DNA from: Octopus sinensis
Lineage: Eukaryota
DNA length: 64,000 nt
Direction: 5' to 3'
Assembly (NCBI RefSeq): GCF_006345805.1
Contig: NC_043000.1
Span: 56,048,001-56,112,000 of the forward strand
Shown here: positions 37,817 to 51,708 of the stretch, in pieces
Layout of the letters: each line of letters begins with the position of its first letter
Position numbering within the stretch: position 1 is the first letter of the stretch
The notes under the pieces: generated by a model
Database searches by the model: none
What the model saw: the letters and a program-made list of their open reading frames with translations, nothing else
Told to the model about the DNA's origin: nothing
Position numbers and translations under genes: made by a program

Positions 37817-38154
37817 GTGACCCCCTTCGGTCAGACACTGACCATGGGTTTGCACTTAGAGAGTTACTCTCTGAGGCACAAGTCGGGGCAAGGTTGTTTC
37901 ATGGAAGACCAGCAGTCGCCCATGCATACCGGCCTCCCCTCTCCACGTCACCGATGTTGTCCAAGGGAAAGGCAAGGGCCGATACAGCTTGGCACCTGTG
38001 ACGTCGCAACTCATTTCTACAGCTGAGTGAACTGGAGCAACGTGAAATAAAGTGTCTTGCTCAAGAACACAGCACACAGCCTGGTCCGGGATTCGAGCTC
38101 ACAACCTCACGATCGTAAGCTCGACGCTCTAACCACTGAGCCACGTGCCTTCAC
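37817..38154 (-). mobile_element. tRNA-derived SINE family D, relatively young (CpG-rich)
   Basis: Minus-strand head gtgaaggcacgtggctcagtggttagagcgtcg...agctcgaatccc, followed by a gtgttcttgagcaagacactt central domain. Partial copy at ~25520-25710. Confidence 0.8.
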
Positions 38155-39249
38155 AAAAGACTCAAGTACTTCACTGGTATTTGATTTGATTTATTCTTAA
38201 AGAAAGGCAAATTATATTTTAGTGAGAACTGAAAACATAGGCTCATAACTATCATAAATATCATTGCAAATATCATCACATATATATCACCAAAAGGATT
38301 TTTCTCTGATGCTCCACCTGCTCTGATGCTATTCAACATCCTGCATCTCATCCTCATCATTTTTGTCTAATGTCCACTTTTCCTTGATTGCATGGGTCAG
38401 ATGGAATTTGTCAAGACAGATTCTCTACAGCCTGATGCCCTTCCTGTCACCAACCCTCAACTGTTTCCAAGCAAGGTAAAATTTCTCCATGACCAGACAT
38501 GTTTTCATGGAAGACTGGAAATGAAATACACTACTACTATGATGGTGGTATTCATTTACAACCATCAAATAATGTCAAAGCAAAGTGACAGTAACACACA
38601 CATACATAAACACACATATATATATATATATAATATGACAGGCTTCCTTCAGTTTCAAACTACCAGGTCCACTCATAAGTCTTTGGTCAGCTTGGAGCTA
38701 TACTAGAAAACATTTGGCCAAAAAACTCAGAATGCTACCTAAAAGACTGAAAGAAACCAGGAGCTGTGATAGAAAATGACAATTACTAGATCTTGTGGGA
38801 CTTCACCATACAGACTGACCACATTATTCAGGCAAGAAGGCACACACTGGAACAGAAACTGAGACCGTGTGATTGGGAAGCAAACTTCATATCACAAAAC
38901 CGTGCTTGCACTTAAGAATATAAAATTATAATGATAAAATCAAAAATATAGGTGATGAAATGAAATAATAAAAACAAATTATAAAAAAACATAGCTTTCA
39001 ATGAAACAAGATTGAAATTAAACGTTGCACTAGTGTGATGAAACAATAGCAGCATGTAAAGTTACAATTATTAGCTTTTCTGAATGAAATCATATTTAAA
39101 TGTAAAATAGAGAGAGAGAAAAAATAAGAAAAACAAATTGACAAACAGTTAATTGCTCATTTAATGTAATTTAATTTTTTTTTTTAAATGTGTAAATTAA
39201 ATGTAAATTTTGAAAAGAAAATTTAACAAATAAGACAAACATAAACAGG

Positions 39250-39645
39250 AAATATATTTATATGCATATATATATTTACACATACATATACATATATACA
39301 CACACATATATATAAATATGCATGCATATATACATATAATTATATATATATGTATATATGTAGATGTATGTTGTGTATACACATGCATATACATATATAT
39401 ATATATACATATAATTATAAAAACACACATACATGTGCATATGAACACATATATATTTAATGTAATTTAAAAGATTTTTTTAAACAATTAACAAGATAAA
39501 TATAAACAAAGAATATACATATACATATATATATATATATACACACACACATATATATATGTATATGTACACATGCATACATATATACATACATACGTAC
39601 ATGGATATATATATATACCTATATATATATATATATATATATATA

Positions 39646-39707
<62 letters not shown>

Positions 39708-39717
39708 TATATATATA

Positions 39718-39767
<50 letters not shown>

Positions 39768-39860
39768 CATATATATAGTGATATATATATATGTATATAT
39801 ATATGTATATATAGTTATATATATATATAGATATATGTATGCATGTATGCACATATAAAG
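39250..39860. repeat. Long compound (TA)n/(CA)n microsatellite
   Basis: Directly visible; source of the IY-repeat pseudo-ORFs. Confidence 0.95.
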
Positions 39861-40444
39861 AAAAATTATACACAATGTGATTCAACAAAAGTGACACATT
39901 TTGTTTGTTTCCTTTTTCTCAAAATTCCTGTTTCTATGTAACCTACTATTTAAGTGTTTTTACTTTTGTTGCTGTTGTAGTTGCACTGTGTAAAATAAGT
40001 CTTGTGGAATGATAATCAGGAAGTATGGAAGGCTTTCTAACGAGGATATTTGTTGGAAAATTTTATTGTCAGAATGAAGAAAGGAATATAATAGAATATA
40101 TTAACAGAATAAAACTTTATCGTTGACAAAAGGAATTTTCTCTCTCTTAAACATTTGCATGTATTATTTATATGAGCATATGTGCATCTGAATATATAAG
40201 CATATAGGCTTGTGTATGTATGTTGTACATATATATATATACATGTATGTGTGTGTGTGTGTGTGTATGTGTGTGTGTGTTTGTGTACACCTTTTAACTG
40301 CATGGTTTTTAACATCCATTACTCCAAGAGTTGGATGGTTCTCCTGTAGAACATAAATCATTCATTTCTTTCTTTGTCATCTCGTTTGTGAAGTTAAGTT
40401 GAAATCTGATTTATTTATCAATTTATTTATGTCTGTCTCTCTGT

Positions 40445-40486
<42 letters not shown>

Positions 40487-41629
40487 GCCTATCTATCAAT
40501 CTATCAATCTATCAGTCTATCAATCTATCAATCTCTTCTTTTTTTCCATCATCTGCAGAGCTTTGATATTCAGTCTCCATGCTTCATGTCTCACTGTCAT
40601 GCAGTATCATATCTTACACATCAGCCAGCAACTTGAACTTCTGTATAACCACTGAGCTGTTAGAATTAGCAGCTGAATCTCCCTCCCTTGTCAAATCATA
40701 CTCTATTCTTGGACTCATTGTATAATGTAGTTCTAGAGACATTGTCTAAATAAATACAATCTGATTGTGGCTGGAACACATTTGATCTGGTTGATCAATG
40801 CTGGCCTGAGGCTAAGTAACAATATAAAAAGATTTCTTCATCCAGTTTGTCTTTTACTCTGTACAAGATAAATCCTTTGTTTTGAACAGAGCTAACAGTT
40901 GCTTCAACTTCTTCCTTTGTCTAGTCACTATATTTGATGACATTCACCTCCAGTCTTAATAAGATTTCCTAGATCAGAGCTCACCAAACTTTTTCCTTGG
41001 TGACACACCTTTTAAAAATAAAAGCTTTCCATGACACATTATTTTAATTTTATAAGTAACTAAATATATCACATATCACTCAGTGATACCCTAAAGAATA
41101 AACACACAAAGCAGTTCCCAAGGAGGCTCCACAGGTCTAGGACCCGATTCTGATCTATACATGCCATGGTTTGCTGTAAATAAATAAATACTATAGAACC
41201 CGCAGCAATAATTTTCTCAGGGCTCTCATGGGTTTAGGGACTCAGTTTTGATCTATGTATGCTGTAGCTTGCTGTCAATAAATAAATAACACCATAAGGG
41301 CTCAGTGCAATGATTTGTCCAGGGGCTCGTAATGTTACTAAGACAACCTTGATATCTCTAGTCACATGTCTAATTGCATACAGATATATAAAATCTCAAA
41401 TATACTTCACAGCCAAATATTCATTCCTAAGTCCTGATTAGAATCACCTTAATTTTATGACATGTCTAAAGATTACCAGCAACAAACTAAGGTGGGTTGA
41501 AGATTGATCTTAGATTGCTGAACCTCATGGAGAAGATGACAAAGAACTGAGCTGATTGGCAATCTGATATGCTCGAGAAGAATTATCTATCTACAAAAAA
41601 TAAGATCATAAAAGCATATTGTTAATGTC

Positions 41630-42440
41630 TATGCCCTCACACCCAATCTGTACCTGTCAAGCCTTCCCCATATTTCACCTCTCCTTTACACTTCAAACAA
41701 CAGTGCTATTGCCTCACTAGCAGTAGTTATATAAGAGCAGAACTGCATATATTCCATTCCTCTTTTTGTGCTACCACTTATCTCTATCCTTGGAACTACT
41801 TCTCTTGTCACCCATCTAATATTCTCAACATCATCCTTCACCACTTTATTTTCCACTGAATGCCCCTTTCACCTAAACACCCTTGCATATCTGCCATCAA
41901 TGCACCCTCCTTTTTGCCGCTCACAATATCAACCCCTATGTGCCTCTGACCTCTGTTTCTGTTGCTGTACATCACTTCTTTTCCTATACATCACATTATC
42001 TCCCTATTTCTCACCTAGCTATGATTTTATTATACTGGTGCACTTCACCTTCCTGCTTTTATGTACTGCCACCTATCACTTCATTTTCTCTGTCCCATTC
42101 CTTTTTTTTGCTTTTCACTCTCCCCTCCAAACTGTGATTCCTCATTGTCCATACCTCCACCTATGTTAACCGTTTACAAACAATCTGTCATCCTTTTTTC
42201 CCACTTTTAAGCATCCACCCCATGCAACCATCCTCAATCCTCTATCTCTATTCCCTCTTTGCCCACTTTCTTACACCTTGTGGCTAAGTCTTGATACCTC
42301 ACCTCCATCCTTTCTCTCTTTTCTGCTGGGGTAGTCATGTATAACTTCTTGTATCACTTGTGTGTTCATGCTGTATCACTTCTATAGTAAGTTCCTTTTT
42401 CTCTGTCATACTTTAAGCTACTCCTACACCTTGCACAAAG
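41630..42440 (-). mobile_element. RTE-clade LINE 3' coding remnant, highly decayed
   Basis: Purine-rich minus strand with degenerate similarity to the RTE ORF2 C-terminal half (KGKLYxACVRxAMLxGSETW region). Confidence 0.45.
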
Positions 42441-42996
42441 TCACCTCCCTCAATACTGCACCCTGACTCAGTCAAAGGGTCTTGTCTGGCAAGATACTTG
42501 GTAACCTCACTAGTGCAGGTGCCATGTAAAAACATTCATAGTAAACACTGTAAAGTGGCTGGAACTATGAAGGGCATCTAGCCATCTAAACCATGCCAAA
42601 GCAGACATTGGAGTTCAACACAATTCTCTGGCTTGTAAATCCTGTTTGAACCACCCAATGCATGTCAGCTTGGAATACAGATGTTAAATGATGATAATGA
42701 TATACATACATATATATATAACTATATATGTATATACATGCATGCATGCATACATACATACAAACAATGCTGCCAAGAGTTAAAACAAAAGCAAATGTAA
42801 TGTAATATGTGTGTTTTTAAACAGCTATCATGTCTTTTCCCAAATATAATTGCTTCAATTTCAACACGCAAACTCAGACCACGTCATTTGTCAACCATGT
42901 AACATATGTTCATATGTGTGTGTGTGTGTATTTATATATATATATATACCCTTACGTATGTATGTGTGAGTTTGTGTGTATGTACATATATATATA

Positions 42997-43038
<42 letters not shown>

Positions 43039-43708
43039 TTATATATGCATGTGTGGGAGTGCGTATATATATATATATATTTTTATATATATTTATATAT
43101 GTATTTGTAAGTGTGTATGTATGAAAATATATATATATATTTATATAAATGCTCACATACACACGCACACATGTACACATACACACACATTTTAGTATTA
43201 ATTCATAAAGTATAAAGTGTAGCAAAACTAATGACAATAGCTAGAATTTAATTACAATCTTGTAAGTAGAGTGTGATTATTAATTATAAAAGCAACAAAG
43301 AATTGTTATTATTTTTGTTCATCGTATTTATCTTAAACTTTATGGTGTGTACGGTTGAGTATGTTGTTTCTGTAAAGGAAGCAACTCACTAAGGCATGAA
43401 TTATTATTTTCCTATTGCAATATGTGTATTTTCAGAATACATAACATAATATTTAGTTAGTCCTAACACTAAAAACTTCTATTTCAGCTCTAGGATAATT
43501 ATAGACATTTAAAGTTGAATATTGTGAGTTTTCATTTACTGAAATTATCAAACTTAATGTGACAAGTTACTTCCACCTACACAGACAGGTTGTGTGTGCT
43601 TATTTGTGTGTATTTATGATATTTTTTTTTTTATTTTTATCTAGTTTCAGCTCACAAACTGTGGCCATGCTGGGGCACCGCCATTTGGTGTTGCTACATG
43701 ATTTTACT

Positions 43709-44130
43709 TCACAAATGCTTTTTAGCAATTGCCATTTGGTACATGAGAGAGTTCGATGCAGCTGCCCTCATCTGCACCTCCTGCCGTGAAGTTGGTTCAT
43801 CTGGGATACCTGACAAGAAGAGATCCAGTTTTATTTTAAAGACATCTGCATCCACCCCATGCAGGTCTCTTAGGTTCTTCGGGAGGATATTGAAGAGCTG
43901 TGGGCCTCTGAAGCCCAGGCTATCACAGTATCTTGTCCTACATGTTGATGGCAAATTTGGAGTCCTTGGCACTATGCAGTGGCGCCCAGTTCTGGCATTT
44001 GGTAACTGTAGATTCACCATTGTTATTTTAATGACTGCTTTTTCATGCTTCTATGGGTCAGTTGGAAAATGCGGCAGGTATTCTGTGGCCAGATACCCTT
44101 GCTATTGCCAATTCCCACCTGTTTCCAATC
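43709..44130 (-). mobile_element. CR1/L2-group LINE, ORF2 C-terminal fragment
   Basis: SLGFRGPQLFNILPKNLR...VFKIKLDLFLSGIPDEP...SNSL is a typical CR1/L2/Crack-group ORF2 ending. Confidence 0.75.
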
Positions 44131-44448
44131 ATAGTAATATTTCTCCGTATCTTTTATCTTTTATCCTTTACTTGTTTCTGTCATTAGACTGTGGCCATAC
44201 TCAGACACTGCCTTGAAGAATTGAAGAATTGTTTAGTTGAATGAATTGACCCCCGGTACTTATTTTTTTTAAAGCCTGGTACTTAGTCTATTAGTCCCTT
44301 TTGCTGAACTGCTAGGTTACAGGAACATAAACACACCAACACCAGTTGTCAAGCAGAAGAGGATTATAAACACAGATACAAAGACATATACACACATATA
44401 CTTTTTTTTTCCTCTGTCTTCCCTTCCTTGGACCTTTCCTTTTTCTAT

Positions 44449-44484
44449 GTTTCTGACGAAGAGCTTCACTCGAAACATTAAAAT
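44449..44484 (+). ncRNA. Degenerate minimal hammerhead-like motif in a Penelope-like fragment (44400-44590)
   Basis: GUUU-CUGACGA-A-GAG(CUUCA)CUC-GAAAC-AUUAAAAU. Core intact; stems III and I decayed. Confidence 0.45.
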
Positions 44485-44586
44485 CCTCCTTCTTTCTTTC
44501 CTTTCCTGAGCGTCCAATAACACTATACTTGTTCTACGTCCTCGCATTGTTGTGTTTTCTCTTTGTGTTTTCATGTTTGGATTAAC

Positions 44587-44619
<33 letters not shown>

Positions 44620-45427
44620 AACATGGGCCTCCTTCAATTTCCGTCTGCCAAATCCACTCAAAGTCTTTGGTCAGTCCAAGGCTATAGCAGAAGACACTCA
44701 CCTAAGGTCTCATGCAGAGGGACTGAACCTGGAACCATGTGGTTGGGAAGCAAGCTCCTTACCACACAGCCACACATGCACCTACGAAGTCAAAAATGTT
44801 TTCACAGAAGACTGTAAACACAGGATACTGCTTGTATGCTGCTGACACTCAATCACAACTGTCAACAACAGCCTAAGCAAGAAGACACAAATGCACACAC
44901 ATACATACACATACATATAGACACACACCACAACACGCTACTTTCAGTTTCTGAGCACCAAATCCATTCATAGGGCTTTAGTAGACCCAGTGCTCTAGTA
45001 GGAAATACTTCCTTTAAGTACCCTGTTGTAGAATTGAATTTGAAACCACATGGTTAAGATACAAACTTCTTAACCACACACACAATCCTGCAGCCTAAGC
45101 AGTCACAGCCAGGAATTTGTACCAGGAATCTCTGTCTTTCATAAGCTTTGGCACACCACCATTTCATGTGTCTCTATCAACAACATTGGTGTATTTGAGA
45201 GGTTTTCATTCTTTATTATGGTGTAAAATTCTCTAAAATATATTATCTGTTATGGCCTGTTGCTCTGAATAATAGCAGTGACCAGCAATAATAGTTGTAC
45301 TGGGTGGTATGTGACTCTAAATCACTTTGGTCTTGTGCTCATGTTATGAGATTTTTTTGAGTCCTCATCAGAAGTTTGCAGTATGAACCATTAAAGCAAC
45401 CTTAAAAACACTACTTCATAAAGGTGC

Positions 45428-45810
45428 TGGCATGACTGAGTGGTTAGAGGGTTGCTTCCTAACCACATGGTTTCAGGTTCAGTCTCACTGTGTGACACCT
45501 TGAGCAAGTGTCTTTTACTATAGCCTCAGGCCAACCAAAGCTTTGTGTGTGTGGAAACTAAAAGAAACCCATCATGTGTGTATGTGTGTGTGTGCGTGTG
45601 CATGCATGTGTGTGCATGTGTGTGCGTGTGTGTGTGTGTCCCTCATCACTGCTTTGTGTGTTTATATCTCTGTAACTTGGTGGTTCAGCTATAAGTGACT
45701 GACAGAATAAGTACCAGGTTTAAAAAAAATATAAGTACAGGGATTGATTCATTCAGCTAAAAATTCTTCAAGGCAGTGCCCTAGTATGACTAAAACTAGT
45801 AAGAGATAAA
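45428..45810 (+). mobile_element. SINE family B copy (diverged)
   Basis: Same head and body; CpG-decayed. Confidence 0.75.
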
Positions 45811-45829
45811 CAGAAGGTCCAGAAGAATT

Positions 45830-46450
45830 CTCTCTACACATACCCTGTATGGGGCAAGCCTTGCTGACATTGAAATACTTGATTGCCAGATGTTTTGAAG
45901 CTGGTCGTAGGCAACCCAGGCAACTACCTTGTGTATAAAGAAGTCTTCCTTACTGTCAACAATATAAAACCACCCATGGTACCTGCTTTCACTGTCTGCT
46001 TTGAGATGTGGGCCAAAAGTGGAAGAAACTGGCTGGTGCTTTAATCTTTGTTACAGATCATCTACTTAGTCTTCCCTTCTTTGCACTGAGAAACAAACTG
46101 GCTTTGGCTGTAGCATTCTTAAGGGATGCTAACAAGTTTTATGCATCACACAGTTGACGAGCTGAGAGAGAGCAAAACCATCAGCATAGTAAAGTTCAGA
46201 GGGATAAAAGCTCCATTGAAGTCTTGATCACTTCTGCTTGACTGTGAGGCCTTTGTCTTGGATGACGGCAAGATTTTGCCAAAGAGTGTAGTCCACTTGC
46301 AATCACAAAGATTAAAAAAAGCTAAGGTGTCTCCATGGAGGAATTCTTGTTAGGAATCTTTTAATTGGACCGTTTGTTCTTTACACAAAGCTTTATGAGT
46401 TTTTGTACAGGATAATGATAGTTGTGTCAATTTCATCAGATGAATGATAG
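45830..46450 (-). mobile_element. RTE-like reverse transcriptase remnant
   Basis: Frameshifted GDTLAxF...VDY.L and YADGFALSQ motifs (QGDTLAP/YADD) on the minus strand. Confidence 0.55.
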
Positions 46451-46954
46451 TCCAGAAGAATATGTATAATAACCCTTCAGTTAACATTATCAGGTATGTG
46501 TGTGTGTGTGTGTACACACACACTCATACATTATACAGTTACAGAAATCAGTCAATCTAAGTTATTAATCTAAGTTTTGACGCCTCTCAAAGTAGTTGAG
46601 CATTTATCATCAGATTTAGTTGACATTTGAAGGGAAAAAGAATTGGGGTTTTTTTTATCGTTATTTTTCTAATATTAAGAAAAAATTTCCATTTATCTTT
46701 TAACAAGCAGAAGTAAGCACAACTTCCTTTGTTCCCAAAGTAAATAGCTTTGTTGATCAAAACAGATTTATGAGTCAACCAAGTCTGCTACTAGGTATTC
46801 ACCTACTTTGAGTGGCTTTGAAGCTATTAGTAAGATAAATTGACTGGTTTCAATAATTGAACAAATATACAGATTAATCTTATACTCTGAATGCTGTTCA
46901 CTTTAATATATAAAAACATGTTTGATCACCATATATGTATGTGTGTGTGTCTGG

Positions 46955-47017
<63 letters not shown>

Positions 47018-47470
47018 ATCATCATCATCATCATTTAACGTCTGCTTTCCATGCTAGCATGGGTTGGATGGTTTGACTGGGGTCTGGGAAGCCAGGAGGC
47101 TGAACCAGCCTCCAGTCTGAGCTGGCAGTGTTTCTACAGCTTGATGCCCTTCCTAATGCCAACCACTCCGTGAGTGTAGTGGGTGCTTTTTATGTGCCAC
47201 TGGCACATGGGCCAGAGGAGGCTGGCAATAGCCACAATCGGTTGGTGCATTTTACGTGCCACTGACACAGACTCCAGTCAAGGCGGCGCTGGCATTGGTC
47301 ATGTATGGATGATGCTTTTTATGTGCTACCGGCATGGGTATCACAACGATAATTTCCATTTGATTTTGATTTTGATGTTGATGTACTTGACACAATAGGT
47401 CTCCTCAAGCACAGTAGGTCACCCAACAATCCAAGGTAAGTACAGCAGGCCGTCCTGCGAATATATATAT

Positions 47471-47518
<48 letters not shown>

Positions 47519-47904
47519 CACTTATATACATAGAGAGAGGGGGAGGGAAGAGAGAAAAAAGGGTGACCACCATCCTACCCTATCACCAATCACTTTACAG
47601 AAAGTATTGAGTACATTCTATGATGACACTGGTACTACAGAAATCATCATGTCTTCAGCAACAGCAAACTCTAGGGTCCTCTTGACAAAATACTTTCTCT
47701 ATACATTTCCTAACCACTCTACAGAGAATTCAAAGCATTTTGATATGGCATCAGCAATTAACAGTTCAGCAAATACACATTGTTAAAATAAATGTCAAGC
47801 TTAATAAACTTAATACTGGGCTTGAAATGCTAGATCAATCCCCAGCATGACAAACAATGCAATAACCAGTAAACTAAATAAAATAATACTTCTCTAGTAA
47901 TACA

Positions 47905-48290
47905 TATTTAACAGTCGGTGCTAAGAGCACCATCCGTGCATGATCGTTACCAGAGCGGCTAACTGGCTTCCATGCCGGTAGCACGTAAAAGGCAACATTT
48001 GAGCACGATCATTACCAGCATCACCTTACTGGCACCTGTGCTGGTGGCATGTGTAAAAAGATTCGAGCAAGGTCGTTGCTAGTACCACCTGACTGGACCC
48101 GTGACGGTGGCACGTAAAAAGCACCCACTACACTCTCGGAGTGGTTGGCGTTAGGAAGGGCATCCAGCTGTAGAAACTCTGCCAGATCAAGATTGGAGCC
48201 TGGTGCAACCGTCTGGTTCGCCAGCCCTCAGTCAAAATCATCCAACCCATGCTAGCATGGGGAGCAGACATTAATGATGATGATGATGAA
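47905..48290 (+). mobile_element. SINE/non-autonomous LINE family E with an RTE-type (GAT)n tail
   Basis: gcacgtaaaaagcacccactacactctcggagtggttggcgttaggaagggcatccagctg...atgatgatgatga. Copies at 18585-19025(+), 42470-42700(+), 47025-47350(-), 58140-58480(-). Confidence 0.75.
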
Positions 48291-48943
48291 TTGTCTCACA
48301 AGTAATATTAATGTTACATTTCTAAAAGAATATATCTTTGATTTCTTCTCATAGTTTATCAGTCACTTACCATACAATTAACCCTATCATACCATGTTCC
48401 TGGTATAGTGGGAATAGCTTTAACACAATCTCTGCCAGATTCTTATTAAAGCAGTAATGAATAATACACATAAAAAAGAAGATAGACTACTAAAAATTGA
48501 CAACCAATCATGTTGCAGCTTTGTAGTCAAGTGTTTATGATTCATTGTTAATTGCATCCTCCTTAATTATTGTTTTCTGATGTTTTTAATTGAAAAAAAC
48601 CCCCAGCTTTTTGTGATGAATCACATGTGTCATGAACCCAACACTGCATCTGGAAATAAGTAAGGCCTAGATTCTTTACAGCTGAGGAAACTATTGATGA
48701 TGTTCATTCTTCAGATGAAGAGTTTATCCTTACACAGACAATGAGAGCGATTCAGACAATGAAACTGGTGAAAGTGGTGAAGAAAGTAGTGATTCATGTG
48801 AACAAATATGGTAAGTTGAGAACGAGAGAAAGAAAGAAAGAAAGAGAGAAAGAGAGACAGACCTATTATTGTTATTCTTCTGAATATTTTTGTGATTCTT
48901 TCCATTAGTTTGCTTGCAATTGTTGCTCTTGAGCTGTGTATGC

Positions 48944-49340
48944 AACTATTAATTTTTTCTGCTCAGGAGCCCGGGTGGTGGGTAAAGATAGGCACAGTCA
49001 CCCAGGTTTGAGAGTGTTAATGTAAATTTTATGCCTATGATCTTGTTCCCTACTTAATGTTATATATACAGACAGGAGTTGAATTATACTAAAGACAAAG
49101 AGACAGATGTAACAGGTCTGATTTAGCGGACAAAAACTATTAATTTATTTTCAGCTCAGGAGCTCGGTTGGCAGGTAAAGGATAGGCACAGTGGCCTAGG
49201 TCTGAGAGCGTTAATGTAAATTTTATGCCTATGATTTTGTTTTTGTTCCCTAATTAATGTTACGTATACAAACAAGAGTAAAATAATACTAAAAACAAAG
49301 AGACATATATCACAGGTTAGATTTAGCGGATGAAAATTAA
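48944..49340. repeat. Two-copy tandem duplication, period ~190 bp
   Basis: Units start aactattaattt...gctcaggagc.cgg at 48944 and 49135. Confidence 0.85.
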
Positions 49341-51139
49341 TTGTACTAAAACATGGGAATTAAGTGATTGATGATTTTAAAAGAAACAGTTCAATAATAA
49401 AACACTACACTTTTCATCATCCCCATCTTCATTAACAAATATCCCTACTGACAGCACCACTGGTATTTTAACAGCTGTTACTGGTCACAATATATCATGT
49501 ATGTGTGTGTGCATGTGATTATATGTCTTTAGTGTTCCTCTATTCTGACTTTACCATATTCTCTTCAGTAAATATTCTTTTCTCTCTGTCTCTCCTCACT
49601 CCTTCACTTTCTTTCTCTCTCCATCTCTCTCTCTCTCTTTCGCTGAAACCAAGCATTGAAAGGGGACTAGCTGATTACAATCAATCCCTAATGCTTAACT
49701 GGTGCCTATTTGTTTAACCTTGAAATGATGAAAGGGAACGTTGATCTTAATGAAATCTGAACTCAGAACATGAAGACAGATGATAACAATTCTGCCAGCT
49801 CCTTTCTATTACAGGCACAAGGCCAGCAATTTGGAGAGAGAGAGTTAATTAACTACATCAATCCCAGTCCTCAATTGGTATTTATTTTATCGAATCCTGG
49901 AAGAATGAAAGGAAAAGTCAACCTTGGTGAAATTTGAACTCTGAACATAAAGATCAACTAAATGCCACAAAGAAGTTTGTCTGACAAGTTAAGCAATTTT
50001 GCCAGTTCACTGCCTTAAATAACAACAATAACAACGATAACGATGATGAGGATGATGAAGGGAGGAGGGGGTAAATATTAATAATAAGGTACAGGGACAG
50101 TTATGGGACTAGAAGAACTAAAATGAAGTAAAAACAAAACAAAAATAAAATTAAATTAAAAAAATAAACCAATCATTGTAGGAGATATATTGAAGTGCAT
50201 ACTTGTAAACAGCTCTAGGGTTAGAATAGCTATAAGCAGTGGTAAAACAGTCCATTTACATTTACAATTTACAGCTGAACTTTTCTAATACATACATATT
50301 GAGACTGGAAACATCAAAAGGTCTAAAGTAGTGTGCCATTTGTCAACACCTGACTGTAAAAAGTTGTTGACTGGTATTACTCTTATTACAGCACTGCTCT
50401 ATTCAAGCAACTTATGTCATTAAATTATAAATGGCAACAGGTAAAGGTGCTATGACCATTAATAAAAACCTACCTATTGATCTGTGAAGACATAAAATAT
50501 AAATGTTATCTATCTTTTCCTTTTTTTTATGTGTGTGTTCATGTGTGCTTTGTTGTTGTTTTTTTCTATGGATTTTGTTGATTTGTTGTTGTTATTTTTT
50601 CTCCTCGGCACGACAAAAGATAATACCCTAGTGATGCAAAATTAGTTTTAAACTTAATATATATATGAGACGAGTGCCAAGAAATTTTCTTCTGTCTCTC
50701 CTTTACTTTGGGGGTGTGAAAATAGGAGTGGAGATTGGATGGTGATAGGGAAGAAACCTTAAAACATTGAGTGGAGAGAGAGAGAGAGAGAGAGAAAGAG
50801 AAAAAAAATTGTTATTCTCATTCATAAATGTCACCCTCTACATTGACTATTCCTCCTCTTCCACTCCATTCTCCTCCTCCACCTCAGTAAACCTTCCCAG
50901 TTATGTGTTGACAGTTATTGGAGAAATTGAGGTGCAAAGCTGATTATTATGAGTAGAGTTGGAATGAGTTGGAAAATTGTGAATTGCTCGTCAAACATTA
51001 ATCAAAGTAGAGAAATCAGGTAAAAACTGCCTCGCCTCTCATAAAGTATTACATGTGTTTATTGATCAGCAGTTTATATCCTACTCTATAAGTGCATGTG
51101 CATCTGTGAGGGTGTTGTATTTATGTATGTATTTTTGTA

Positions 51140-51224
51140 TGCCGTATACATATATATATATATCTTTACATACATATACACACACATATATATACATATA
51201 TATTTATATATATGTACAAAAATA

Positions 51225-51318
<94 letters not shown>

Positions 51319-51351
51319 TATATAAATATATATACATATATATATATACAC

Positions 51352-51384
<33 letters not shown>

Positions 51385-51500
51385 CATACATATATATATA
51401 AATATATATACATATATATACAATATATATATATATATATATATTATGTGTGTGTGTGTGTGTATGTTTTGTGCATATGTGTTTGTATATGTGTATGTTG
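51140..51500. repeat. Long (TA)n/(CATA)n microsatellite
   Basis: Directly visible. Confidence 0.95.
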
Positions 51501-51708
51501 TATAAATACATATTTTTTTTCTTTTCCTAGCTTGTATGCTACAGTTTAGCTAATTTTTCGTATTCAGACTTCTCAGGTTGTTAAAAGCTGCTACTCTTGA
51601 CTAACATGCCATTCAGAGCAGCCTCAACAGATACAAGCTAATAAGGGACTTGATAAGGATCCAAGCTAACAAGGGCATCAGAGTCAGTGAAAAGTATCTC
51701 AGTGATAT

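Noticed and set aside
37950-38154. tRNA gene candidates at SINE heads (also 26183, 62214)
   Set aside because: A/B-box-like heads continue into multi-copy SINE bodies; no complete cloverleaf followed by a terminator.
39480-39897. IY/YI-repeat ORFs (also at 14983-15318, 42830-43237, 51055-51549, 32455-33030)
   Set aside because: Microsatellite translation artefacts.
48369-48440. Minus-strand exon-like segment with an ATG|gtaagt donor (SGRDCVKAIPTIPGTWYDRVNCM)
   Set aside because: Weak acceptor and no similarity to the expected penultimate PDSS2 exon.
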